Below, piece by piece: positions 19,069 to 29,300 of a DNA stretch of 64,000 nt; position 1 is the first letter of the stretch; each line of letters starts with the position of its first letter. The notes beneath the pieces are model-generated. The model saw only the letters and a list, made by a program, of their open reading frames with translations, was not told the origin of the DNA and searched no databases. Origin of the DNA: Dehalococcoidia bacterium (GTDB taxonomy: Bacteria; Chloroflexota; Dehalococcoidia; Lucifugimonadales; UBA2985); assembly GCA_034422115.1 (NCBI GenBank), contig DAOUJW010000017.1, positions 119,379 through 183,378 of the forward strand, in the 5' to 3' direction. The position numbers and the translations under genes are program-made.

Positions 19069-19110
19069 AAGAGGGCCAGGGTCTTAACACCCTGGCCCTC
19101 TCTGTTTGTC
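19069..19110. terminator. Hairpin terminator between convergent genes
   Basis: GAGGGCCAGGGT / ACCCTGGCCCTC stem, followed by TCTGTTTGTC. Confidence 0.6.
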
Positions 19111-19134
19111 TCCGTACGAGGCAGTCTTACCCGG

Positions 19135-19404
19135 CTACTCGGATGGCGGGTCGTCGGGTTCCAGCTTGGCCTCCGTGGCCATGGAAGCCAGCTTCTCCAG
19201 GTGGTCCTCTATGTAGCAGTGGCCGAAGTAGTAGACGTTGTACTCCTTGTCGTCCCTGGTCTCGCTGTACTCGCGCTTTGGCTCCAGTTTGTTGGACTGA
19301 AGGTAGCTGTTAACCTCGCTGTCCTTCGCGTCCGGCCCGCTGGGATCAAAAAGAAGGAGGACTCGCTGCTCGGTTGGCGCAATGCTGATAACTTCCAGCT
19401 TCAT
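19135..19404 (-). CDS. Hypothetical protein, last gene of the DUF488 operon
   Basis: 89-aa ORF. RBS GGAGGTG sits 7 nt upstream of the ATG. Lower GC than the flanks. No motif recognised. Confidence 0.55.
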   Translation of the reverse strand: MKLEVISIAPTEQRVLLLFDPSGPDAKDSEVNSYLQSNKLEPKREYSETRDDKEYNVYYFGHCYIEDHLEKLASMATEAKLEPDDPPSE

Positions 19405-19476
19405 AGTGCTCCACCTCCATTATGCTGAATGCTGTATCAGATTATAGCCCATAGAGGGGCTGCTACCAAGGTCTTG

Positions 19477-19929
19477 CTATCCCAGGTGGACTATTTCTAT
19501 GTCACCCCAACTTCTCTGGAGATACTCAGCGACAAGGCGGCGGTGACACTGGTCTGGCTTCTCCTCACTGCACAGCAGGCAAGCGTTGGCTATGGTGCGC
19601 TTAAGCCCCATTTTCTCAATCCGACGCTGCTCCATAAGACCCAGGAACTCGCTTTCATAGGTCTCCCAGTCCTTGTGGCCTTTACGGTATGCGTCCAGCA
19701 ACTCGCGGGTTGGCGCAAGCTCCGGTAGATGTACGTACTTAATTCGGCAGATCTTGCTCAGGAAGTACTCCAGGTCTTCCTTCTTGGTGAAACCCGCCAG
19801 CTGGGACATGTTGCTCAGGCGGACGTCTACCACCCGCTTAGCGCCTGACCTGCGCAGCAGTTCAAAAAAATCTGAAGCGGATTTCTTCGTGAACCCGATA
19901 GTATAGACTCTCAATATCCGTCCCACCAC
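19477..19929 (-). CDS. DUF488-family protein (short paralogue)
   Basis: 150 aa. VYTIGFTKKSASDFFELLRRSGAKRVVDVR...LLCSEEKPDQCHRRLVAEYL is the DUF488 pattern (IG-[HF]-[ST]...VDVR...C.E..P..CHR). Confidence 0.8.
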   Translation of the reverse strand: MVGRILRVYTIGFTKKSASDFFELLRRSGAKRVVDVRLSNMSQLAGFTKKEDLEYFLSKICRIKYVHLPELAPTRELLDAYRKGHKDWETYESEFLGLMEQRRIEKMGLKRTIANACLLCSEEKPDQCHRRLVAEYLQRSWGDIEIVHLG

Positions 19930-20546
19930 TCGGTTTCGGTATTCTGTGGACTATTGGTGACGTACGCCACCTTCTTCTCCTGGATCATGAGGGCGTCTGA
20001 GATGACCTCGGACCTGGAACGGAACAGGTCGCCATATTGCGGCAATTTCAAAGCGTCTACCAGCCGACTCATAGTGGTGTCGTGATTTTCTAGGGTTCCG
20101 TCTGCAAGGATGTGTTCAACCATTAGGTCCCGTTCCACAAGCGCTCTAGCAATCAACAACGTGCGATGGCAGTCAAGGGGCTCTTTTTCCGTACACATAA
20201 GAGCAATGCGGCGCTCGTCTGCGTTGCGAACCAGGTACGCCAGTCCGTCTTCAAACATATCCGCGTTTGCCAGACGCTCGTAAAGCACACGCCCATTGGC
20301 GTCGTAGTACGAGCTGTCCGAGGGTCTGCCTCCAAGCTCCGCGCCCAGAAAAACGTAGCCAATCCCGGCCGACTCAAGGGCCGTCTCTAGGCGGCCAAGA
20401 TTGAATTGCGTTGTATAACGGCTGTACGGCGCAGACCGGACGTCCACCACCTCATCCACTTTGTGCTGCTTCAAAAGGGTAATGAATTCCTCAAGTGAAT
20501 TGTTAGAGTGTCCGATGGTGAATACAGGGTGCTGAGTTTTGTTCAT
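19911..20546 (-). CDS. DUF488-family protein (long paralogue)
   Basis: 211 aa. VFTIGHSNNSLEEFITLLKQHKVDEVVDVRS...ALMCTEKEPLDCHRTLLIARAL. It overlaps the next DUF488 gene by 19 nt. Confidence 0.8.
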   Translation of the reverse strand: MNKTQHPVFTIGHSNNSLEEFITLLKQHKVDEVVDVRSAPYSRYTTQFNLGRLETALESAGIGYVFLGAELGGRPSDSSYYDANGRVLYERLANADMFEDGLAYLVRNADERRIALMCTEKEPLDCHRTLLIARALVERDLMVEHILADGTLENHDTTMSRLVDALKLPQYGDLFRSRSEVISDALMIQEKKVAYVTNSPQNTETEWWDGY

Positions 20547-20560
20547 TATCTTTGTAACTC

Positions 20561-21232
20561 TTAGGGATCTATGATGGCTGCTATGAGCTTGTACACATAA
20601 TCATAGAACTGACCTCCCATACTTACGGTTAGGATTACCTCGCCTTTGGGATTGCCAGCAGCGACATCATTAAAGTATTTTGTGGAATAAGCAAGATCTG
20701 TAATACGAAGTGCATATTCCTGCCCAGCGTACTGAAAATGTCCCCGCAATCTCATTGCATTTCTGGCCCATGATGTTTCCTCTGATACCTCCAGCGAGCT
20801 AACTTTAATCAATCGCAGGGAGTCCTTTAGAGATTTGGCATATTCGAAAGGGATACGATCGTTCCTTCCATTGGAGCTCTCGTATCCGCTCAACCAGAGT
20901 GGCTCTGGCGTGTGGACGAACCTTTCAAGTTGATTAGGCGAGACCCGATTAATTTTCTCCCAGTAATAGTCTGGATAAATAAGCCAGTTCTCTGTTTGGT
21001 GGTATTCTGGTTGAGCCCTCAGAACCGGTACATCCATTACATCAAGAACCTCAGGCTCACTTCCGTCTTCATACAGACGCTCTCTCCCTACCCCGCCCTC
21101 CTCTCCTGTACCTATCGGCCTCACCCACTGACCTACCTGCGCTCCGGGCAACAACTCTCTCCCAGCTATGCAGCGCCCGCCGGGCTTGTAAGAATTTGCC
21201 AAACACACAATGCGTTTATATTCCCAGGCCAT
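20561..21232 (-). CDS. Uncharacterised 223-aa protein, first gene of the DUF488 operon (possibly two OB-like halves)
   Basis: ORF with N-terminal IVCLANSYKPGGRCIAGRE...WVRPIG and a second beta-rich half ...LRLIKVSSLEV...LRGHFQYAGQEYALRITD. AT-rich: 24 of 60 G+C in 20581-20640 by my count. I cannot assign a characterised family. Confidence 0.6.
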   Translation of the reverse strand: MAWEYKRIVCLANSYKPGGRCIAGRELLPGAQVGQWVRPIGTGEEGGVGRERLYEDGSEPEVLDVMDVPVLRAQPEYHQTENWLIYPDYYWEKINRVSPNQLERFVHTPEPLWLSGYESSNGRNDRIPFEYAKSLKDSLRLIKVSSLEVSEETSWARNAMRLRGHFQYAGQEYALRITDLAYSTKYFNDVAAGNPKGEVILTVSMGGQFYDYVYKLIAAIIDP

Positions 21233-21372
21233 TGACTGAGCCTCTTTGAGAGAATCCCTTGATATTGATCATGATATACTAGCCAAGCGAATTATACAAG
21301 CACACATGTTCAACGAAACACTCCTTGCGGAATCGCCGTTTTGGTGCTACACTTTACAGCACAACGGAATAG

Positions 21373-22104
<732 letters not shown>

Positions 22105-22117
22105 TGAGGTCGGTAGT

Positions 22118-23581
22118 ATGAGCCGGCTGAAGGGCAGAAACGTCGTATCCGTTGACGACCTCTCGGTCGGCGACGTTGAGTCGATATTCGAGACCGCGGA
22201 CGCCATGCGGGAGAACCGGCAGGCGTACTTTGGCAGCGCGACCGGCAGGATTGCCGCCACGCTGTTCTACGAGCCAAGCACCAGAACGCGGCTGTCCTTT
22301 GAGGCTGCAATGCAGCGACTGGGCGGCGGAATCATATCCACACCGGATATGGGAGCGTCCTCCGCGGTCAAGGGTGAGTCCCTTGCAGACACGTCCAGGG
22401 TGGTTGGCGCATACGCCGACGTGCTGGTGGTGCGTCATCCCTGGGAGGGCGCCGCCAGGCTAGTTGCTGAGTATTCTCCCGTGCCGGTCATAAATGCCGG
22501 AGACGGCAGCCACGAGCATCCCACCCAGACCCTGTGCGACTTGTACACGCTTCGGGGCCATCACGGAACTCTGAAGGGCCTCAAGGTTGCCCTCTGCGGT
22601 GACCTGCTTCACGGGCGGACTATACACTCTCTGGCCTTTGCGCTGGCGCGTTTCGGGGCAAACGTCATTTTCGTTCCGGGAGACGGCAACGAGATGCCGG
22701 ACTACGTTCTTCGCAGGCTGCAACGGGACTACCGCGCCCAGATCAGAAGGGAGCGGCTGGGGTTCTTGAGCGCCCTCTTCGACGATTCGCCGGCGGGTGA
22801 AGAGGCGGAGACCGTCGATGCCATTTACATCACGCCTACGGAGCCGCACCAGCTGGCTATGTCCTCCATTGAGGGCACCAAGGTGGAGTTCCAGGTCGGC
22901 AGCGACGAGGCGCTTTCGATATACGTGACAAGGCGCCAGAAGGAGCGAGGCAGCGCTGCAAGCGAGTCCGACCGCTACCCCACCCTGACGGCCAAGACCC
23001 TGAGGGCCAGGCAGTTCAAGGACATCTCCATACTCCACCCGCTACCCCGCGTTGATGAGCTCAGCCCGGAGGTGGACGAGGATCCCAGGAGCCTCTACTT
23101 CCATCAGGCAGCCCTGGGCATCCCAGTCAGAATGTCCCTTCTGTGGCACATACTCGGCGGCGACGAGGAGGCGGACGCGGGCCCAATGACGGAGCTTGGA
23201 GAGCCGAAAGCCCTGGTCTACTCCAGGCCGGGCTTCGACTGCCTTAACGCGACGTGCGTCGGCAACCAGGAGAGGCAGTTTGCGCGTCCTCGCTTTGAAA
23301 TCGTCAGGGACCCGGACTACAAGCTGCGGTGCCTCTACTGCGACCACGAGACTCCCGCCGCCTACGCTGGCAACACCGAGTCGCGGTTCTACTACCCGTC
23401 TCATCTGCTGGACAGGTTTGTTCCGCCGGTCAGCCTGGAGCACGTCAGATTCTTTGACTCGTCGGATGGCGCGGAGGCGGCGGGATTCAGGCGTGCGTCA
23501 GAGAAGTGGGGCAGCTACCAGCCCAGGGAAGACTCAGACAGGAGGCACTGGATAGATATGGTGTCCAGCATGACCAGATGA
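22118..23581 (+). CDS. pyrB: Aspartate carbamoyltransferase catalytic chain with an internal insertion and a fused C-terminal PyrI-like zinc domain
   Basis: STRTRLSFE, HPTQ and LHPLPRVDE are the ATCase catalytic signature. The protein is 487 aa against roughly 310 usual. The tail contains FDCLNATC...(21 aa)...LRCLYC, the 4-Cys layout of the PyrI zinc domain. Confidence 0.9.
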   Translation: MSRLKGRNVVSVDDLSVGDVESIFETADAMRENRQAYFGSATGRIAATLFYEPSTRTRLSFEAAMQRLGGGIISTPDMGASSAVKGESLADTSRVVGAYADVLVVRHPWEGAARLVAEYSPVPVINAGDGSHEHPTQTLCDLYTLRGHHGTLKGLKVALCGDLLHGRTIHSLAFALARFGANVIFVPGDGNEMPDYVLRRLQRDYRAQIRRERLGFLSALFDDSPAGEEAETVDAIYITPTEPHQLAMSSIEGTKVEFQVGSDEALSIYVTRRQKERGSAASESDRYPTLTAKTLRARQFKDISILHPLPRVDELSPEVDEDPRSLYFHQAALGIPVRMSLLWHILGGDEEADAGPMTELGEPKALVYSRPGFDCLNATCVGNQERQFARPRFEIVRDPDYKLRCLYCDHETPAAYAGNTESRFYYPSHLLDRFVPPVSLEHVRFFDSSDGAEAAGFRRASEKWGSYQPREDSDRRHWIDMVSSMTR

Positions 23582-24924
23582 AGCTACTAGTCAAAGGCGG
23601 CCGCATTATCGATCCCCTCATGGGATTGGATTACGTTGGTGACCTGTTAATCGAAAATGGGAGGATAATCGGGCTGGAACGCAGCATCGACAAGCCGGAC
23701 GGCGCGCAGGAGATAAGGGCCTCGGGCCTGGTGGTATGCCCGGGCTTCATAGACCTTCACGCCCATCTCCGTGAGCCGGACCCGGAGGACAAGGAGACCA
23801 TCGCCACGGGGACCCGGGCCGCCGCCAGAGGGGGGTTTACCACGGTTTGCGCTATGCCCAACACCAGGCCGGCCATGGACAGCCCGGAGGTGATTGCGCT
23901 GGTTCTGCGCAAGGCAAGGGAGGAGGGCAGCGTGAAGGTGCTGCCCATCGGCGCTGTGACTGTGGGACGGGACGGCGACGTTCTGACGGATATGGACGCT
24001 CTGGCCGTGGCCGGAGTCATCGGCTTCAGCGACGACGGCAGCCCGGTGTCCAAGGACCACATTATGAAAGAGGCCCTTATTCGAGCAACGGCCCTGGGCC
24101 TCCCGATTATGAACCACTGCGAAGACTTGAGCCTCTCCCGCGGCGGGGTAATGAACGACGGCGTGGTGGCGCAGAGCCTGGGGCTGCCGGGAGTCCCCGC
24201 TTTGGCAGAGGAGTCTATGGCGCTCCGGGACATCAACCTGGCCGAGGCCACGGGAGGCCGTCTGCATCTGACGCACATGAGTACCGCCGGCAGCGTAGAG
24301 ATAGTCCGCATCGCGAAGGGGCGTGGCCTGAGGGTAACCGCGGAGGCAACTCCGCACCACCTCACTATCACGGAGGAGTGGGCGATTCCCGGGAAGGCGC
24401 GAGGGGGACGGACGGACGCCGTAACTCCCGGCGAGTACAACACCGCGGCAAAGGTGAACCCCCCGCTGCGTACGGAAAAGGACGTGGAGGCCGTGGTGCA
24501 GGCGCTGAGGGACGGCGTTATCGACTGCATAGCCACGGACCACGCGCCGCACACCCAGGGGGACAAGGAGTGCAGCTTTGAGGAGGCGGCCTTCGGCATA
24601 AGTGTGCTGGAGGTGGCGCTGGGCTCCGTGATGTCCCTGGTACACAACGGAAGGCTGGACTTGCCAACAGTGATAGAAAGGCTGACGGTGGCGCCGGCCC
24701 GCGTTCTCGACCTGCCGGACCGATTCCCCGGCTCCCTCAGAACAGGGTCTCCGGCGGACGTGACCATCTTTGATCCGCAGGCGGAGTGGGTGGTGAACGC
24801 CGCCGACTTTGTGTCCAAGGGAAAGAACACGCCGTTGGATGGGGCAACCCTCAAGGGCAGGGTGCGCGCCACCATCGTGGACGGCTCAATAGCATATAGA
24901 GATGAGGTGTTAATCGTTGACTAA
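23578..24924 (+). CDS. pyrC: Dihydroorotase
   Basis: MKLLVKGGRIIDP...PGFIDLHAHLREPD...ATDHAPH. ATGA overlap with the pyrB stop. Confidence 0.92.
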   Translation: MKLLVKGGRIIDPLMGLDYVGDLLIENGRIIGLERSIDKPDGAQEIRASGLVVCPGFIDLHAHLREPDPEDKETIATGTRAAARGGFTTVCAMPNTRPAMDSPEVIALVLRKAREEGSVKVLPIGAVTVGRDGDVLTDMDALAVAGVIGFSDDGSPVSKDHIMKEALIRATALGLPIMNHCEDLSLSRGGVMNDGVVAQSLGLPGVPALAEESMALRDINLAEATGGRLHLTHMSTAGSVEIVRIAKGRGLRVTAEATPHHLTITEEWAIPGKARGGRTDAVTPGEYNTAAKVNPPLRTEKDVEAVVQALRDGVIDCIATDHAPHTQGDKECSFEEAAFGISVLEVALGSVMSLVHNGRLDLPTVIERLTVAPARVLDLPDRFPGSLRTGSPADVTIFDPQAEWVVNAADFVSKGKNTPLDGATLKGRVRATIVDGSIAYRDEVLIVD

Positions 24925-26008
24925 GCAGGCTTTTCTGGTGCTTGAGGACGGCTCCTGGTACGAAGGCGAAGCCTTTGGGGCGGAGGACTTCGCATACGGC
25001 GAGGTGGTTTTTAACACCAGTATGACCGGATACCAGGAGATGCTGACCGATCCATCCTACGCAGGCCAGATTGTTGTGCCGACCTACCCGATTATCGGGA
25101 ACTACGGCATCAACGTAAAGGACGTGGAGTCCCGGGAGATACGTGTGGCGGGATTCGCGGTCAGGGAGCACTGCCTGAACCCCAGCCACAGCCTGTCGAC
25201 ACGCACCCTCCACGAGTACCTGGCGTCCCAGGGCGTTGCCGGCATATCCGGCATCGACACACGGGCAGTCACACGCAAGCTGCGTATGGCCGGGGTGATG
25301 ATGGGGATGATAGCCGTGGGCGCGTCTCCTGAAGAGGCCCTGGAGCGTCTGAAGGGGATGCCCCGCTACGATAACGTGGACTTTGTCGAGAGGGTGAGCA
25401 CGGAGGAAGCCTATCGCTGGGACCTCCCCGGGTCGCAGGAAGCGCCCCTGATCCTGGTCAACGACTACGGCCTGAAGTACAACATCCTGCGCATCCTGCA
25501 CTCCAGGGGTTGCAGGGTGATGGCCATCCCGGAGCACACCTCCGCCAGTGACATTCTGGCCCTGAACCCCCAGGGAATCGTGCTGTCCCCGGGGCCGGGA
25601 GACCCGGCGCTGCTGGATTACGTGGTTGAGACGACAAAGGGCCTGGTGGGCCGAGTGCCGATGATGGGGATATGCCTGGGCCACCAGCTGCTGGCCAGAG
25701 CCTTTGGCGCGGATACATACAAGCTGAAGTTCGGGCACAGGGGGGCGAACCACCCCGTGCGGGACATCCAGACGGGCCGGGTGCACATAACGTCCCAGAA
25801 CCACGGCTTCGCCGTGGACGGTGACGGCCTGCCGCCCGAGGTGGAGGTCAGCCACGTCAACCTCAACGACGGCACAGTGGAGGGCCTGCGCCACCGGGAG
25901 CTGCCCATACTGAGCATCCAGTACCACTCGGAGGCGTCCCCGGGGCCGATGGACAACGTGTACCTGTTCGACAGGTTCCTGGAGATGGTGAGAGGCTACG
26001 GAGAGTGA
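24917..26008 (+). CDS. carA: Carbamoyl-phosphate synthase small (glutaminase) subunit
   Basis: LVLEDGSWYEGEAFGA..., the GATase triad region GICLGHQLL and HGFAV. Confidence 0.93.
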   Translation: MTKQAFLVLEDGSWYEGEAFGAEDFAYGEVVFNTSMTGYQEMLTDPSYAGQIVVPTYPIIGNYGINVKDVESREIRVAGFAVREHCLNPSHSLSTRTLHEYLASQGVAGISGIDTRAVTRKLRMAGVMMGMIAVGASPEEALERLKGMPRYDNVDFVERVSTEEAYRWDLPGSQEAPLILVNDYGLKYNILRILHSRGCRVMAIPEHTSASDILALNPQGIVLSPGPGDPALLDYVVETTKGLVGRVPMMGICLGHQLLARAFGADTYKLKFGHRGANHPVRDIQTGRVHITSQNHGFAVDGDGLPPEVEVSHVNLNDGTVEGLRHRELPILSIQYHSEASPGPMDNVYLFDRFLEMVRGYGE

Positions 26009-26070
26009 CGCGCTAAGATGATATGCCATTATGGTGTCGTAAAAACGCGTCAGGAAGGTACGGTAGCTGT

Positions 26071-26310
26071 ATGAGAACGACACTCAACATAGACAGCAAA
26101 CTCCTTGAAACTGTAATGGAAGCCACGGGAGAGAAGACGAAAAGCAGGGCGGTGAATGCCGCTCTGAAGGAGTACGTACGTCGCAAGCACGTCCAGGAGC
26201 TGATCGACTCCTGGGGCAAGATCATAGTGGACGACTACAGCGAGGAGTATGATCGCTTGGATAGAGAACGGCAGGCATATCTTGAGTCTCTGAGGGATGG
26301 CGCCGCGTGA
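26071..26310 (+). CDS. vapB: VapB-type (DUF2191-like, RHH-type) antitoxin, orphan
   Basis: MRTTLNIDSKLLETVMEATGEKTKSRAVNAALKEYVRRKHVQELI is the typical type II antitoxin N-terminus. It sits in the 355-nt carA-carB spacer. Confidence 0.75.
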   Translation: MRTTLNIDSKLLETVMEATGEKTKSRAVNAALKEYVRRKHVQELIDSWGKIIVDDYSEEYDRLDRERQAYLESLRDGAA

Positions 26311-26360
26311 CTGTCCTTGTGGACACTCAACTTGAACAAATCATAGATGCGGGAGATTAA
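26307..26360 (+). pseudogene. 17-codon stump of a PIN-domain (vapC) toxin gene
   Basis: A GTG overlaps the vapB stop (GTGA). VTVLVDTQLEQIIDAGD* begins like a PIN domain (hydrophobic-LVDT) but stops after 17 codons, 3 nt before carB. Confidence 0.5.
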
Positions 26361-26363
26361 ACA

Positions 26364-29300
26364 GTGACCCAAAAACCCTCCAAAGTCCTGGTTGTAGGAT
26401 CAGGCCCCATCATCATTGGGCAGGCGGCGGAGTTCGACTATGCGGGCACCCAGGCATGCAAGGCCCTCAAGGAGGAGGGCGTCACAACGGTGCTGGTCAA
26501 CTCCAACCCCGCCACCATTATGACCGACGAGGGCATAGCGGACATCGTCTACATAGAGCCGCTGACGGTGGACGTCATCTCGCGCATCATCGAGCGGGAG
26601 AGGCCCCAGGGCATACTGCCGACCTTGGGCGGCCAGACCGGCCTCAACCTTGCCGTAGCCCTGGCCGACGCCGGTGTCCTGGACAAGTACGACGTCCGGC
26701 TCCTGGGCACGCCTCTGGAGACCATTCGCAGCGCGGAGGACCGTGAGCTCTTCCGCGACCTCCTCGTGGAGATTGGAGAGCCGACCCTGCCCAGCGACAT
26801 CGCTGAGTCGATGGACGACGTGCATCGCATCATGGCTGAGATGGGTCTGCCCCTGGTCATTCGCCCCGCCTTCACCCTTGGAGGTTCCGGCGGAGGCATC
26901 GCCAACACGCTGGAGGAGCTTGAGGCGGTCGCCAAGAGCGGGCTGGCCGCCAGCCCCATAAACCAGATTCTGCTGGAGCGTTCCCTGGTGGGCTGGAAGG
27001 AGATTGAGTACGAGGTGATGCGGGACGCCGCGGACAACTGCATAACCGTGTGCAACATGGAGAACCTGGACCCGATGGGCGTGCACACGGGAGACAGCAT
27101 CGTCGTGGCGCCAAGCCAGACGCTCACGGACAAGGAGTACCAGATGCTCCGCTCCGCGAGCCTGAAGATCATCCGCGCCCTGGGCATCGAGGGCGGCTGC
27201 AACGTGCAGTACGCCCTCAAGCCGCACGACATGGTGCAGGAGACGCTCCCCGGGGCTTGGGAGGCGGACAGCCCCTACTACGTCATAGAGGTGAACCCCC
27301 GCGTCAGCCGCAGCTCCGCCCTGGCCAGCAAGGCGACCGGATATCCCATAGCAAGGGTGGCAGCGAAGATAGCCGTGGGCAAGCGGCTGGACGAGATCCC
27401 CAACGCCGTTACCCAGCGTACCCTGGCGGCCTTTGAGCCGGCCCTGGACTACTGCGTGGTCAAGATACCGCGCTGGCCCTTCGACAAGTTCGCGGCGGGA
27501 GACCGCAACATCGGCACTCAGATGAAGGCCACCGGCGAGGTGATGGCAATCGACCGCTCCTTTGAGGCGGCGTTCCAGAAGGCGGTGCGCTCCCTGGAGG
27601 TTGGAGGCCACACGCTCCTGTGGGAGGACAGGGAGTGGCAGGACGGCGGCGGCCCGCCTCTGGACAGCCTTCCGCTGTATCCAACGGACATCCGGCTGTG
27701 GGCGCTCATGGCGGCCCTGCGCCGTAACGTCGCCCCCAATGACGTGGCCAGGAACACGGGCATCGACCCCTGGTTCCTGTACCGGCTCTCAAACATCGTG
27801 GATATGGAGAGGCGACTCTTGGAGGAGGGCCTCACGCCTCGCCTTCTGAGGGACGCCAAGCGCCTGGGCTTCTCGGATGTGCAGATAGCAACGCTGGGAG
27901 ACCGCCTGCCGGACCAGGTGCGCCAGCTGCGTCGTGACTGGGGGGTAAGCCCCGTGTACAAGATGGTGGACACGTGCGCAGCGGAGTTCGAGGCGGCCAC
28001 ACCCTACTTCTACAGCACCTATGAGCAGGAGAACGAGGCGGCTTTCCTGGAGGGGGCCAAGGCCGTGGTCATGGGCAGCGGGCCCATTCGGATAGGGCAG
28101 GGGATTGAGTTCGACTACTGCTCCGTCCACGCTGCCTGGGCACTCCAGGAGGAGGGGGTCAAGAGCATCATGGCCAACTCCAACCCGGAGACGGTATCCA
28201 CGGACTTTGACACCAGCGACCGCCTCTACTTTGAGCCGCTGGACGAGGAGAGCGTGCTGGACATCCTGGAGAACGAGGCGGAGGCCGGGGCAGATCCGTC
28301 CCTGTGCCCGCCGTCCATGGTGCAGTTTGGGGGCCAGACGGCCATCAACCTGTCCCAGACCCTGGACAGGGCCGGTATGCCAATCCTCGGCTCCACAGCG
28401 GACGCCATCGACATCGCCTCGGACAGGGGGCGATTCGAGGACTTCCTGGCCCGCCTGGGCATACCCCAGCCTCCGGGAGCCGGCATCACGTCGCTGGAGG
28501 AGGCCCTGAAGGTCGCCGACGGCATCGGCTACCCGGTCCTGGTCCGCCCCAGCTACGTCCTGGGCGGCAGGGCAATGGAGATCGTGCAGAACGCCACTGA
28601 GCTTATTCGCTACGTCACCGCCGCCGCGGAGATCGCCGCGGGTCGTCCCATTCTCATCGACAAGTACCTGAGCGGCCGCGAGGTGGAGGTGGACGCCATT
28701 TGCGACGGCGAAACGGTGTTCATTCCCGGCATTATGGAGCACGTGGAGCGGGCGGGGGTGCACAGCGGCGACTCCATGGCGATTTACCCGGGCGTGACCC
28801 TCACGGAGGAGGAGGTCAACACCCTGGTTGAGCACACGACACGCATAGGGCTGGCGCTGAAGGTGAAGGGGCTGATGAACATCCAGTACGTGATTGTGGG
28901 CGGCAGCCCGTATCGCAGCCCCCAGGCCATGCCGGAGGCCAACGGCGCATCCACGGTGTACGTGCTGGAGGTGAACCCGCGGTCCAGTCGCACGGTGCCC
29001 TTCCTGTCCAAGGTCACCGGAGTCCCGATGGTGAAGCTGGCGACCAAGATCATGCTGGGCAGGACCCTGGCCGAAATGGGGTACGTCGGCGGGCTGTGGA
29101 AACGGCAGAACCTGGTGGCGGTGAAGGCGCCGGTGTTCTCCATGTCCAAGCTGGCCGGGGTGGACACCTACCTTGGGCCTGAGATGAAGTCCACGGGCGA
29201 GGTCATGGGTATCGACACCGACTTCCGGGGCGCGGTCGCCAAGGCGCTGCTGGCGGGAGGTATGCTGTTCCGACCCAACGGCTCCGTGCTCCTGAGCATC

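Noticed and set aside
24851-26083. 410-aa minus-strand ORF
   Set aside because: It is antisense to carA, whose GATase motifs are unambiguous.
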